A DNA stretch of 64,000 nucleotides from Mytilus trossulus (GCF_036588685.1 NC_086385.1:36417216-36481215); one strand, 5' to 3'; shown: positions 1 through 13,930, counted from the stretch's first letter. A program made the numbers and translations. The notes: generated by a model not told the origin, from the sequence alone.

Positions 1-1231
1 CTTGACGCGTTTTTGTACTTTTCAAATCAATCAAGTGTATCTGTTAAGGGGGATTTCCACCACTTGATACAGCTAATGTATTAAAATCAATAACTGCAAG
101 GTCATACCCAATGCTGTCGTTTCTTTCTGGGTTGATACGTGATTCTGAAATGAATTCACCATTAGGCGCATACTGCATCATATTATTGCGGTGTGTTTGA
201 AGAAATAGCATGTTTCCAGCTTCTAATATTGCACATCCAGATATACCGTTGCAGCCTATGTTTATCCTTCGTCCTAACCTGACGATTATGGTTCCAATAG
301 ATTTTGCTACTGATTTTGGTTTTAAAATTTGTGCTGATATGTCACCTTTCCAGGAAAAAGAAGCATGTGTTTCACTATTATTAATTTCTATATCACCAAA
401 TGTTTTTATGTCTTTTATAAATCCCTCTAGCTTTTCATTGAAAGGACATTTCACTGTCACGTTGTTTAAGCTCCCGTTGTCATATACTTTTTGGACGTTG
501 ATTTCATTGGTTGAAATACTTTCTTGGAATGCCTTTGTTCCCATGAAGATTTGTAAATCGGATGCAAACATTTTAACAGATTCAACATCTTTTTGAATTC
601 CTTCTACTTTTTCTTTTTCGTCCTCCAATTTCGTTATTACTTCTTCTATTTTCTCACAGTTTGTCTTCTCAAGTGCAGATACCTTTTCTAGTAATTCTAC
701 TTCTAAATGGTCTAAAAGTACATTAACTTCGTAACGCTTGTCTTTGATATGTTCAGAAATTTCCCGCTTCTGTTCACGTAATTCCGTTAAATTGTTTTTT
801 CTGTTTTTTAAAGCAGAAGAAATGTTACTTTCCAGTTTTTTCAGTACTTTTTGAATGTTATCTAAAGCTACTGATTGGTGTCCTTTTGAAGGCGTAAGAA
901 AATCATCTATATAAATGATTTCCTTGCATTCTTTGTGAGCTGATATTGAACAAATTTTGCAACAAAAAGAGTCATGGGATTTACAATAAAATTCAAGGAT
1001 ACATCCATGCTCCTGACAGTTATGGCTAATTTGTTTGATGAAGGTTGGCAATTTGTAATATTTTTCTATAGAGATTGTCTGATGTGATTTCGTTGATATC
1101 GAAATCTTATGATGTTCTGTACAGTCGCTACAAAGAGCCTCCTCACAATGTAAACAGTATTCTTCCGCTGACTTGTTGAGATCCCTGTGTTGGCAAATGT
1201 CGCAAAATGGTGTACTGTCGTAAGTAGCCAT
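1..1231 (-). pseudogene. TRIM-like B-box/coiled-coil/NHL-propeller gene, copy A; in-frame TAA at 44-46; continues off the window
   Basis: ORF 44..1240 (likely start MATYD at 1231): CDIC...YCLHCEEALCSDCTEHH and CQEH...YCKSHDSFCCKICSISAHKEC B-boxes, heptad-rich middle, then propeller start (GCAILEAGNMLF, IGYDLAVID). After TAA the same frame reads QIHLIDLKSTKTRQ, matching paralog text (RIYVID/NIHFID). Confidence 0.85.
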
Positions 1232-1414
1232 TCCTATCAATAGTTTGTCTAAGTTTTGGTCCTATATTGTTACATTCAATATCGGAAATATCTACACTCT
1301 AAACTTTGAATCTAGAAAAAAAAATGTAGAAAAATATACTAATTAAAGAGCAAAAATATTAGAAATTTCAGTAATACAGTACTGAGGGATCCCTTATACA
1401 CTTGGAAGTAAGTA

Positions 1415-2095
1415 TAAAAGGAAGGTGTTGTATGACTGCCAACGAGACAATTTTCCACAACAGCCTACAGACATAAACAACTGTAGATCACTGTTCAACC
1501 TTCAGCAAGGAGCAAAAATAATACCGCATAATTAGGTATTAAAGGCCTCGAAATAACAAATGTTAAACAATTAAAATGAGATATCTATCGGCCTAATTTA
1601 TAATTCACAAAATAATGAACGACAAAGCAACAACCAATAACCACCAAATTACGGGCTTCTGACTTCTGACAGAAATTAGCGGGATTAAACATATTAGCTA
1701 ATTAGCAAGCGCACAATTATCCCCTACCTCGGACAGTAGCTATAGTGTAAAAGTAATAGGAGCAAACTATAAAAATCAGTTTAAAAATGTTGGACTCATC
1801 AGATGGATACAATTAGAAATGCATCTAACAAAATAAGAGAAGTCTTGAAAGGCAACTTTTACATCCCAACAACAAAAATACTCTAGTACATATCTGACAG
1901 TACTCGCATTTACTGACATCTAGTTCAAAGAAAATTACAACTAATAAGAACATTACGCATCTAAGACTAAATTATTATTCAATACACATCTAACATCCAA
2001 TGGATTTAGTATAAGACGTCATAAAAGTCAGAGAAAGACATGACATTGTGCAATGTCAAGATACATTTGTACATGCATCGGCAGATTGAAGAGCA
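1415..2095. repeat. Abundant interspersed repeat (SINE/retroposon-like; core gatgtggtatgattgccaatgagacaact...ggccttcaac...cctgacttggg)
   Basis: Related copies at ~4140-4440, 14680-14960, 29690-29845, 42170-42270, 47370-47820, 53870-54660 and 61729-62149. Confidence 0.65.
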
Positions 2096-2099
2096 ATGA

Positions 2100-2328
2100 A
2101 TGTGCTCAATTTAGGTTTCTTGTGTACAATTTGGAGTTAAGTATTGCCTTCATTATCACTGAAATAGTATTTAAATTTGTTTAGGAGTCAACTGAAGGAC
2201 GCCTCCGGGAGCGGGAATTTCTCGCTGCATTGAAGACCTGTTAGTGACCTTCTGCTGTTGTCCGTTCTATGGTCGGGTTGTTGTCTCTTTGACACATTCG
2301 AATTCCCCATTTCCATTCTCAATTTTAT
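2100..2328. repeat. Second interspersed repeat family
   Basis: Core ggtcgggttgttgtctctttgacacattc...ccattctcaattt recurs inverted at ~28460-28550 and partially at ~21080-21130. Confidence 0.55.
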
Positions 2329-4769
2329 TGATGTTGGTTCTAATTTCACGGATAACAAAATTGATATTACTAAGTACTACCAATAAAACAATATTCAAAG
2401 ATCTTATTACAGTGTTGCATTGGTAACCTTTTAGAATATATCAAAGGTATATGAAAAAATTGTGATCTAAACGTTAATCTTGCAAATAGGTTTATCAAAA
2501 AAGCGTTATTTTTTTTATATTGTTTAAATGTCAAAGTGTATTAAGAGGTACATGAATATGATTAAATGACTCTCCTTTTCTCCTTGTTTTTTTTTAATTA
2601 TACAGACATCTACGTCTTTAATAACTGTGCGGTTTCGAATGTATATATGTCTATAGCATGATGTATAAAACACATACACATGTATATATTAAATGAACGC
2701 ATTTGTTATCCGAACAATTTCACGAACGGCATACTCACACTAGGTCCTGTGTATCACACAAGTAATCGTAATTATTTTCGTTTTAAAAATATGCTAATGA
2801 TTGATCATTCTGTACTGAGATTTAATTTGTTAACCAAACTATTACCAAAATAATATATATGTTCTTTTTTAAACGCCATCAAACTGTGTGTACTATTTTC
2901 TTTACATGCATAGTTATGTGTAATATTCTTTTCCTGGTTGGTACATGTTTCGATAATATGACGTGTTGCTCAAATACAAATCAAGCACCGATATTGACCA
3001 TTATTAAGTTAGGACCCATTATTGATACGTCTGTTCTTACCTGCTTGTATCTTTGTTGGACTTTGAGATGTTGTGTACCTTCAAGGTTTAAGCTACACTA
3101 TCTACAATTATTGATTTTACCTATTGTGGTTACAGATGTACATGTGTATAAACAATCAATACGAAGTAGGTCATATAGTTTTTGAAAAATGTTTTAGATA
3201 TTTGTTGTCCCCCTTTTTCACGTTCATTAATACAATTTTCACTATTATTTGTAGGTGAATTCTCAGACATTCTTTTATAAATAATTAATTTGTTTGCATC
3301 TGTTATGAGATCAAATGAAAAGGAACGTTACAATATATCAATATTTTCAAATGGGAAAACATGCAATTTATTTAAACAAATCAAATTTATCTATTTCCTG
3401 CCATGGCTTACTTTTTGAGTTGACATGTTTGCCGATACAATAATGACATGGGTGTATGTAACCTGGAATCCTGATGTGTCTAATACTTTCGATTTTGCTA
3501 TGCTTCAATTCAAATATAAGTCCGCTTACGGTATTAAGAATATTGTGTCAGGTTCCCAGACTAGGTTGTATGTAAATATGGCCATAGTTTGTAGTTCCTT
3601 CTTAAAACCTTCAACTGATATATTACAAAACATCAAGTATCCCTATTTACACATCATCAACTTTCAAACGAAACATATAGAGAAAGAACTGAAAACTTCA
3701 CGCATCGTAAATAATTTTCACTATAACGAACAATATACAAGAAGGAAAAGTAAGCTAAATATACATTGCTATATATGTGCAGTTATATGAACGGATGGTC
3801 ATACATCCTGTCTATACTGTTTACATATATTTTGACATTGCATAAGGTCATGCAATTCTCAGACGAATAATACGTAGTTTTACTAAATTCTTCTAATGTC
3901 TACTTATTAATACCTTTGTCTTGGAGAAAATTGAATTTATAAGTCGTAAATGGTTTTGAACGAATTTTCCGTAACTGTATGTTTGTGTCTATAGCTTCTT
4001 ATGTTAGTTGTTTTTGTACTAAGGCTTCATGATGATCTTTTAGGTTGAGCCAATTGCAACTGATTTTCACAACTTGCTTATATATTGTGCTGTTACATCA
4101 CTGTCCTAGGTTAGAAGAGGTGTGAGTGCTCACAGACACTTTAAACCCGGCAATAATCTAATTGTGCCAGATCCAAGTCAGGAGCTAGTATTTCAGTTAT
4201 TTCTATAGTTTATGTATGTCATGTTTGTTGTTTTTTTAAATTATTCTGTTATAGGTAAGGGCCGTTACTTTAAATGAATGAAACGTTTTACATTTTTGCA
4301 TATTGGTGCGTTTTGTAATCGACTATACGATATGGAACTTTTTCTCATTCTCGAACGCCGTACAGTGAAATATATTTCTACTTATTTGAAATCTAATGGT
4401 AATTTTATCATTTGCGTGCATACCACATCTCTTTTATTTCGATGCGTAAACCGCGCAATGATTGTAAGCACGTGTACAAAATAAGTCTGAATTTCAAGTT
4501 AAATATAAAAAAAACCACGTGATAAATATACTTTTTACAATGTCACTGACCAATTTGAATGACATAAGAAACACGTGAAAGCTCAAACCAACAGATAATA
4601 CTGTATAATAAAGACGATCTACATTTTAAAATATGACGTGTTTTACTACAGAAGAAAACAGGTGTTTTAACTGTGCCCGTTTGGTTATCATCAGTGTATC
4701 AGACATAATGCGACGTTGAGGAGATGTTGCATATAAAATAAGATGTACTTAAAAACTGCAAAGATCATT

Positions 4770-5935
4770 TAGAGTACATACAATTTATGACTCTTTCATC
4801 TGGCAATAGTATTAAAACATCGGACTTTTCTACACTTTACACAAGTATTCCCCGTTCCAGACTAAAAGGCAAATTGAAAGAGTAGGCATTGCTTTGTTTC
4901 ATAAAAAAGAATGGCAAACGTAGATACAAGTATCTTTTCTTAGGGAAGGATGAGTCCTACTTTGTAAAGAATCACTCTAATTAAAACAATAAATTTTCTG
5001 AAACTGAGGTGATCAAGATACTTGATTTCTTAAATGACAACATATTTGTTACGAGGAGGACGTGTTTTTCAACAGACTGTCGGAATTCCATTGGTCTAAC
5101 CGACTTTTTTCTTTATCGTTATGAGGCTTACTTCATACAAGAACTTCTTAGGAAGAAAAAAAAAGAGAAATTAGCAATATCCTCTAATTTTACGATCCGC
5201 TATATAGGTGATGTTCTCTCACTAAATTATTCAAAATTTGGTGACAATGTTGAACGAATCCATCACTTTGAACTAGAGATAAGGGATACTACATATACAG
5301 TTAATCCTGTCTCATATCTGGATTTATATCTAGAATTTGACAACGAGGGTAGGTTGAAAACAAAACTGATGATTTCAGCTTTCCAATTGTGAACTTTCCA
5401 TTTCTAGGTAGCAACATTCAAGAAGCGCCTGTGTACGATTTTCCCGGGAGTGTATTTATTATCATGCTTTCCTTGATAAGGGGTTGTTTTGCTGCTCACT
5501 AGGAAGCTAATAAACTAGAGTTCCAAATGGTGAAGTTGAAATCATCTTTTCGTAAATTTTACGGACGCCATTACGAGTTGGCTGACCGTTATTGGATAAC
5601 AGTTTCACAGATGATATCGTATATGTTCTTTATCTCGTAACTACAATCCCCTTCCCTTTTCACGAATATGACCTACAGAATAAGACTTTTTACCGGATTT
5701 GTAATAACATAAGAACCACGACTGAGGCCACATGTGGAGCAGGATCGGCATACCCTTCCGGAGCACTTGAGATCACCCCAGTTTTTTATGGAGTTCGTGT
5801 TGCTTAGTCTTTAGTTTTCTTTGTTGTGTCTTGTGTACTGATATTTGTCTGTTTGTCTTTTTCTTTTTTTAGAAATGGCGTTGTCAGTCGATTTATGAAT
5901 TTGACTGTCCTTTTTGTATCTTTCGTCCCTCCTTT
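4770..5935 (+). mobile_element. Decayed Penelope-like retroelement RT fragment
   Basis: Frameshifted RT motifs: IKTSDFSTLYTSIP, IRYIGDVLSLN (degenerate YIDD), SYLDLYLEFDNEGRLKTKL, IVNFPFL.SNI. Duplicate at ~59160-60320. Confidence 0.75.
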
Positions 5936-6344
5936 ATTGATGCATTGAAATTGTATGAATAGCTCTAAGATCTAACACGCTTATTTCCCAAATTTGATGT
6001 TAGTGTAAACTTGATAAAAGACTCTCACTCCTTCATGGATGAATCGAAAATGTATAAATAGATCTCAGATCTAAACGTCTAAGACGTTTTCCCCCCAAAA
6101 TTATGTAAGTGTAAACTTGACAACATACTCTCACAAACTTTAGGTTTATTGAAATCTATCGAATGTTATTGTTAGTCGTGAATGCTGATGCAATCGAATG
6201 CCGTTCTTCTGTATTAAATTGATTACAAAATTGTAAACGATTCTTTTTTAGGCTAACTCAGTACAAACCATACAGTCATATAATTGTATTGGTCGATATT
6301 TTCCGCATTCGATATCTTTTGGCTGAAAATAGAGATTAACTCAT

Positions 6345-6530
6345 TATAGATACCAAGATTAATATTTACATTTACGCCAGACGTGCGTTTCGTTTATAAA
6401 AGACGCATCAGTGACGCTCGAATCCAAAAAAAGTTAAAAAGGCCAAATAGAGTTGATGAGCATTGATGACCAAAATTCCTAAAAGTTTTGCCCAATACAA
6501 CTAAGGTGATCTATTCCTGAGGTAGAAAAA
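6345..6530 (-). ncRNA. Degenerate retrozyme/hammerhead fragment
   Basis: Minus strand gagcgtca-CTGATGC-gtcttttataaac-GAAA-cgcacgtc-tggcgt (core A9 mutated); homologous to 26045-26576. Duplicate at ~60730-60910. Confidence 0.7.
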
Positions 6531-7734
6531 TCAGAAAATATTGATGAATGTTCTTTTCAGTAGTAATCCGAACTTTTCTGATTAGGTTCCAGTAATATAT
6601 TCCCAAGAACCAGAAATTAAGGAAACAACAGCCATGGATTCCTCCCTTTTAAGACTATACGTCGAATTCGACACACAAATGCATCTCAGTACCATAATCT
6701 ATGACAAATGAGACGATTCTTATTTTCCCTCACCTTATAGTAAAAGGAGTATACCAGTTTTCACCTGCATATGAGATATACATTTCCCAACTTATTCGGT
6801 ATTCAATAGCATGCAGTAACTACTCAGACTTTGTAAAAGTCACCAGTGTTTGAGCAAAAAGATAATGAGACAGTGGTATGTCAAAAAAGGGTACCGAAAC
6901 CTTGTTGACAAATATTTTGAATCAACTTTACAAATATACACGATAGTCTTGAAGCATAAACTCTGGGAACTAACGTTGTTTATCTTCTTAGTTACGTGTT
7001 ATATCATTTTTCATTAAATGTTTTTTTTGTGATATCCATTAAACGTTACTCTGTACTTATGTATCCCGTTATTGTTTCTATGATATTTTTTATAATATTG
7101 TCTTTTATTTTTGCTTATGTACTTTGTATATATGCCTTTTTGTGTTTCTTTGATACATATGACGTGGCTCTGAACTCATACATCAAACCATTGTGTTATT
7201 GTTTAATGCATGTTTTTTGTATTCTTGTTTATCATTTTTGCCAATGTGCTTTGTCTATATTCCTTATTGTGCTTTCTGTGATTAAGATTATAATACAATG
7301 TTGACTGCTGTATCCGTATTTTTGACATTTTTACCTTTTGTATCTGTTTGATTTGTTCACATATTGTTGTCAATATATTGGAATTCGACGCAACTGCCAT
7401 ACAAGTAAGAGGTTTAACAAGCTATATAACCTGGTTTAATCCACCATTTTCTACATAAGAAAATGCCTGTGCTAAGTCAGGAATATGACAGTTGTTATCC
7501 ATTCGTTGGATATGTTTAGGCGTAAGATTTTGCTATTTGATTAGGGACTTTCCGTTTTGAATTTTCCTCGAAGTTCAGTATTTTTTGTGATTTTCTTTTT
7601 TCTTACACAATTTATATAATTTCTATTATTGTATAATTAATGAAAATAAAGTCCAATAGACAACAGATATGTCTTAATACAGCCGTATCAGTTGTTTGTG
7701 CATTTGTAATTAAAAATTATACATATGGCAATTT

Positions 7735-9474
7735 TCAATCAGCAGAATGTTTACTGCATTTAACGTCAAACAGAAAGGCAACTTCATGATAGTTAGCAAC
7801 AAGAAGTACGTTTTTGGTTTTATGGAAATATACGGCACGAGGATTAAAAATTCCATCACTAGCTCCAATGAGCTGTTTGGCCTGTTTTCCATCTTTAGAT
7901 ATCACTACAACATTATTTGATTCAGACCCAGCAACATATATGTTGGAATATGAATCTAAAGTTATGCCGTATGGTTTTCTAAGCAATGAATCAGAATATG
8001 TCCATTGTACCTGTCCATTGTAATTGTAACATACGACGGAATTAGTACGCCAGTTGGAATGAAAAATGTTCTTTTCATTTGAGGTAACGTACGTCTCATC
8101 TACGTCCATAGGGGCAGAAGGTAATATACGGATGTTATTTTGTTTTTGAGACGTGTCATATAGTTTAATTCCATTTTGATGTGTGCAACAAATAAGCAAT
8201 CCATTGTGACAGCTTAAGCCATAACACCAGTCGCTGAGGTCATTCACTTTGAGCAATTTTGCATTATTCATATCAATAAAGTGAATGTTTGTTGGATGAT
8301 TTCCGCCACTTGATACGGCCACCGTTTGTGAATCAACCACTGCCAGGTCGTAACCAATAGCGGTTTGCTCATTTATAATACATGATTCGGAATTTAATTC
8401 ACCATTAGGACAATATGTAAGCAGATTATTATTGTGAGCTTGTAGAAATAACATGTTTCAAGCTTCTGATATGGCACATCCTGTTAGATAATTACGACCA
8501 ATGTTAATCTTTTGTACTAGCTTGACGTGTATTTCTTCAATCGATGTCGGTCCTGAAGTAGATTTATAAATTTGCGCTGATTGGTCACTTTTCCATGAAT
8601 ATGAAACATGCTTTTCAGAAGAATCCATCTTCATATCTCCAAGTGTATTTATTTCTTTGATAATCGCTTCTAGCTTTTCATTGAACGTAAATTGTAATGA
8701 TAAGTTGTTTAAACTCCCATTATCATACAATTTCTGGACGTTAATTTCATTGATGGAAACACTTTCTATGAATGCCTTTATTCCCATGAAGATTTGCAGA
8801 TTTGATGCAAACAGTTTTACAGATTCAACGTCTTTTTGAACTTCGTCTACTTTCTTTTTTTCTTCATTGAGTTTTGCAATCACTTCTTCTATTTTCTGAC
8901 TGTTATTTTTTTCCATTCTAGATGCTTTTTCTAGAACTTCCTCTTCTAAATGGTCTAAAAGCATAAGTATTTGTTGGCGTTTTTCTTTTATATTTTTTAC
9001 AATCACTTGCTTCTGTTCACGTAACTCTGTCAAGTTTCGCCTTCTGTCCTTTATAGCAGTAGAAATGTTACTTTCCAGATCTTTCAGAACTTTTTCAATG
9101 TTATCCAAAGGTACTGATTGGTGTCCTTTTGAAGGCGTAAGAAAATGTTCAACGAAAATAATGTCCGTGCATTCCTTATGAGCTGATATCGAACAAAGTT
9201 TACAGCAAAGAGAGTCATGAGATTTGCAATAAAATTCAAGGAAGCAGTCATGCTCCTCACAGTTTTGTTTTATTTTCTTGATAAATGATGGTAATTTTTG
9301 ATATTTTTCAATAGAGATTGTCTGATGCGATTTGAGTAATTTCGATGCCTTATGATGGTCTCTACAGTCTCGACACAGAGCCTCTTCACATTGTGGACAA
9401 TATTCTTCTGCTGACGTATTAAGGTGTCTGTTTTGGCAAACATTGCAGAGTAGTACTCTTTCGTTGGTGGCCAT
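7735..9474 (-). pseudogene. TRIM-like gene, copy B; single nonsense codon GGA>TGA at 8458-8460
   Basis: ORFs 8458..9735 and 7735..8454 share a frame and are separated only by TGA-AAC. Duplicate copy E reads EAGNMLF there. Likely start MATNER at 9474 (579 codons). NHL-like blades: LRKPYGITLDSYSNIYVAGSESNNVVVI, IFNPRAVYF. Confidence 0.9.
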
Positions 9475-10904
9475 ATCTAAATGATTGATAGTTTTTATTA
9501 TTTTCAAAGGGTGCCTTACAATTTCCAAAATTCTTCTTCTGCAATCCAGTTTGTAAGCCTTAGGAAAAAAATAGGAAGAAAAATTAAGTGCAACGATTTC
9601 TGTATTCAATTTTGGTGTTTCTTTTAATGAAAGTCTTAGTATGAAATTCCATACATTAATACTGTACCTAAAATTTGTCAACGTAAAATTAAAAAGATAC
9701 AAAGATACAAAAGATACATATTCCATATAAAGCATAACACGTGTTATGAAGCTATTTTATAAATAGCAATTAGTATTTTAAATTAAAATAAAACATTAAT
9801 TTGTAGACAGAAAATTATATACTGATTGATGAAAATCTGTGTACTAGCACAACTAACCATATGATATGTTTTATCCTTATGTTAACAAGGCCAGGATAAG
9901 GTTCCTGTATTTGAGGTATCTATTAACAAATGAAAATATGTTAATAAAATTCTGTTTGAATATAAAAATATGCAAAAAACGATTAGTCATGTTAATTATT
10001 TCAAAGTCTTGCTAGGTCTTTATATTTTAACCTACCTCAAATATTCGGTAACAACGGACGCGGAAATACGCACTAGGTTTCAGGTTTATGCATAGTTTTT
10101 TCAGCTATCTCCCTTTCTCTAAACGAACGAAATACGAACCTGATCAATGTGAAACTGGCCCAAAGAGGTAAATTTGTTGTGTTTTTGTATTGTACAGGTA
10201 TAAAACTTATATAAAAACTTTTTATGTCATTTGAATATATTTTCTATATTTGACTGTATAACTAAGGTTGATTTCATTTTCCTTTGTAGTTTTCACGTTA
10301 ACTTCAGTACGATGGTCACCCCAACACTTCTATGACAACATTATTGTGTGTGTATTAACGTTCATACGTGCTATGCCAATAAACAATTAGAATGCATTGA
10401 GTTTAACTATGAGAACTTTACTACTGCTACATATGCGAAGTGATTATGAAAGTAATTGATGTCATATTCTACGTGTTCAAGATTTCAAGACTGATTGCTT
10501 TGCAGATTTTCTTTTGACTATATGGAACGGAACCTCTCATATCTCTGTTTATATTTTTGATTGTTAATGTACTTTGATATTTCAATATCATTTCCCTTAC
10601 TCGACGTGTTAATTCTGTTATAAAAAAGACATTTCAATAGCATAAGTTTATATGCTGCCCTGTTTTCTAGATTTAAACTGGCTTTACTGATACTTAGAAT
10701 ATTATGAACTAATTAAAGGGTCAGTAGCGCCTACAATATATTATAGTAAAATGCATACCCCTATTAAAAACCAAATCATCAACCTCAATCTTTTGAATGT
10801 ATTACTATTGGTCACCAGTTCAATTAAACTATACTTTCTTCAATATACGAGTATATGAATCTTAAACATGTACATGTACAAAATGGAAAGATAATTAAAA
10901 ACCA

Positions 10905-12093
10905 ATTGTTCAGAGAACAATTGAAGGTCTTTCCATCAAAACAATGTATTTTGATATGATAAGTTGTGAAACTAAGTTTAAAATGTCATTTCAATCGTCA
11001 AATGATAGCTTCTAGTAAGCTGATTCCAAAAATATATTGTTTCCATACATTTTTTTTAAATAAGGGAGATAATTTGTTACTTCCGGTTTGAAAAATGTTA
11101 CTTCCGATTATATTTGAATATTTACTTGACACTGATTCCAAAAATATCTGGTTCTATATACTTTTATATTAATAAAGTACAAAAAATAGCTACTTCCGGT
11201 TTACAAAAAGTCACGTCCGGTTGTTTTTTTCAAGGTTAAATGGTTTGATACCTTTTTCTAAAAGTTGTATATCTTTATCATGTATACATATAGAATAAAA
11301 GCAAAGGTCAAAATCTAGAACGTCAAATTAAGCTATGACCTTGAGATCAATTTCAAGGTCATAAACCAAGGACCTCAAATCAAAAGACCATAGGCCTTAA
11401 TTATATTTAGTTAATGAGTTATATCACCAAACGCGTATTTTTAAATACAAGAGGGGAGAAAACTCCCTTTTACATTCAACGTACGCTTGCAATCAAAATT
11501 TACATCTTACGACATGTCGCAACTAACAATTTAGTAAAAATAATTTGTTGATATCTTATACAGTCTTTGGATATAAGTGAAAATAAGCCAAATTCAAATA
11601 TTAGAATATGACCTTGACCTTTGACCTTGACCATATTTTAATTTTTTGGGACCAAGGACCTCAAATCAAAAGATCCTAGGTCTCTATCACTTATGGTTTA
11701 TAAGATAGAAATTCATATCACTTATATCAGATGCATAAGGGGAAATAACTCTCATATGGAGCGGTCATATTGCTTCGGTCAAAATAGGACAAATCATGCG
11801 AAGGATATAACGAGCAATTTTGTAAAATAAATTTGTCATAATCTTTAACGGTTGCGAAGGAGATGCGTTAACAAGGAAAACAGTGTTTGGGAGATAACTC
11901 CTACAAAGAAAAGTATTCGTTTACGCAGGGTAAATTTCAAAAGCGCATAAACTGTTCGATATCATATACAAAATATCTAAGCGACATATTGCGAAACAAA
12001 TGTTTATCGCAAGAACAAAATTAGGCGGAAGAAAAAAAAAATAATCAGAAGAAAAACAATAGGTCTTTCCACAGAAAAGTGGAAAGCCCTAAA
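10905..12093 (+). mobile_element. Non-autonomous Helentron/HINE-like element
   Basis: Internal tgaccttga/ggacctcaaatcaaaaga repeats; terminal palindrome ggtctttccac-agaaaa-gtggaaagccct at ~12062-12090; related aggtctttcca near 10925. Confidence 0.5.
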
Positions 12094-12513
12094 TATAGTA
12101 ACAATACACACAAATATTATCCTGCAAATGACATGATCAACATACTCGTAATTGTGAAATAGTTAAGTTTTTTTTTATTGAATAGCAAAACATAATGCTT
12201 TCCTAATGTTGAATTGGCTTGGTTAAGCAAGAATGGGATGGTTAGGTTTTGAAAGCGTTCAAACGTGTTTTGTGTAGTTTGTGAGGTGTTTTCTTTTGTT
12301 GTCTGATATATCCAAATTGTACTTGAAGCAAAACATTTGAAAACAAACATATATAACACATTTTTAGATTAAGTACCATTTCCCCCCATCTTACCTGTTT
12401 ATAAAACCCTCGGACTTTAAGCTGTTGTGTTATTTCATAGATTAAATCCACACTATTAACGATATTGATTTTACCTGTGATGAGTGTATGAACGACTAAT
12501 ATAAAGTACACGT

Positions 12514-13197
12514 AGAGGTCGATCATTTACAAACGTATCAAGCGTATCGTATACGTTGACGTAACCACATCTGCAGATAGATCTAAAAATATTATGTGAT
12601 CCCGAGCTTATTAATAAGACCATGCTTCATTTAAAAAAAAACTAATTGGAATCTCTTCGAAGCAATCAAACATACACTTTCAATATTTGTGATAGTGCTG
12701 TTTTGTAAAAACAATCAGGGGTTCTTTAAACTACTTTTACATGCCCTTAAAAGGGAATCAATGTAGGGTAGGTACACGAATATCCTACAAAACCCTTTAA
12801 TAATCTAGTTAAAAAATATTTCAAGATCTTATATGAATAAACACCCCCAAAAAAAATCAAATTTACTACTTATATAGTATATGTAAGGAACTTTGAATAA
12901 TGGTTTTATCATTACAGATAATAGAAAAGTACTGAGTATCACTCTATTTGTCAATTAACAATTTGTTTCTACGTGAGAACAAGTTCATACACAAACAAAC
13001 GATTTTACCGTATTCAGTTAACTGTTCCAACTATCCGGAATATCTTTAAAAGTCGGGTTATATTCCACAAAAACTCGATATTTCCTAATTGTTTAAAATT
13101 AAAGCTAGGGATCATATACTGTTTTTTGGTATATCTGCAGATGCGGATACGTCAACGTATATGATACGGTTATTACGTCTTTAAATGACCGACCTCT
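12514..13197. mobile_element. MITE-like element with ~66-bp imperfect terminal inverted repeats
   Basis: agaggtcgatcatttac...catctgcagata (12514-12579) is the reverse complement of tatctgcagatgcgg...ccgacctct (~13132-13197). No clear TSD. Confidence 0.75.
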
Positions 13198-13866
13198 TGT
13201 AGGACACATACATTTTGGAGCAATAGTTAAAATATCTGTTGTTTTGTTACTTTATCAATAAATACAATTTATTACATTCATTAATTGAGGAGATTTTTCG
13301 GAAATTTTTCTTTATTTGCTTTATTTTGATACCTTCTGTGTGCGGACACAATAAAAAGATATATATGAAATTTGTTATCTTTTATGCTTTTTTCTAATTC
13401 TATTTATACAATCCCCTACATTCGACTTATCAGAAATTTTTCTTTAGTCAGTTTACTAGAACTCATTTGTGAGAACACAGAAAATAATCTGAAAAATATT
13501 AAACTTACTATAGATTCCCCTTTTCTATCTGTTGACAATTCGTGATTTAGGAATCCCAATCAGTGATTTCTGATTAAAAATATAAAAAAGGGGCGAAAAA
13601 TACTAGAGGGACACTTAAACACATAGATCGAAATTAAACTGACAACGTCATAGCTAAAAAAGAAAGACAAACAGACAAATAATATATTATTAACTTTATT
13701 TCCTTCTTATCAAAGATTTTGCATGCATTAAAGGAAAAGGCCATGTTTATATTTTTTTGTAATTATCTGTTACAAATTAGTTTCAGTTGTTATAAAAAAA
13801 TAAAATAATTAACTATTTAGCAGTTTTAATTGTTATAGAGGGGTTTTTAATTTTTACATATTTGAA

Positions 13867-13930
13867 TTTCCCGCCTTCACTGGGGGCGGCCATGACCGGT
13901 GAACATCTGACGTCACATAGTCGGTTTGTT
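13867..13930 (+). promoter_or_regulatory. Candidate promoter of the accessory gene: E2F-like TTTCCCGCC, GC box, CRE TGACGTCA
   Basis: TTTCCCGCC at 13867-13875, GGGGGCGG at 13882-13889 and TGACGTCA at 13908-13915, ~110 bp upstream of ATG 14023. Confidence 0.55.

Larger units (their letters stand above)
2521..9192 (+). repeat. Segmental duplication, copy 1 (partner 56976..64000)
   Basis: Colinear with 56976..64000 at an offset of ~54.4-54.8 kb. Near-identical from ~3424 onward, visibly more diverged before that. Confidence 0.95.

Noticed and set aside
210-596. Plus-strand ORFs inside TRIM-like genes (also 8657, 45872, 52778, 63465) and inside the transposase (15531, 16290)
   Set aside because: Antisense shadows of real coding strands; they recur only because the genes are paralogous.
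3425-3790. 121-aa ORF repeated in the duplicate
   Set aside because: No recognisable motif, and the duplicate has a stop after 61 codons.
9475-9735. 87-aa N-terminal extension of copy B
   Set aside because: Paralogs all begin at MAT; the extension crosses a likely 5'-UTR intron acceptor (tttttcctaag, ~9560).
10713-10735. ttaa|agggtcagtagcg as a Kolobok-like left end
   Set aside because: No matching right TIR was found.
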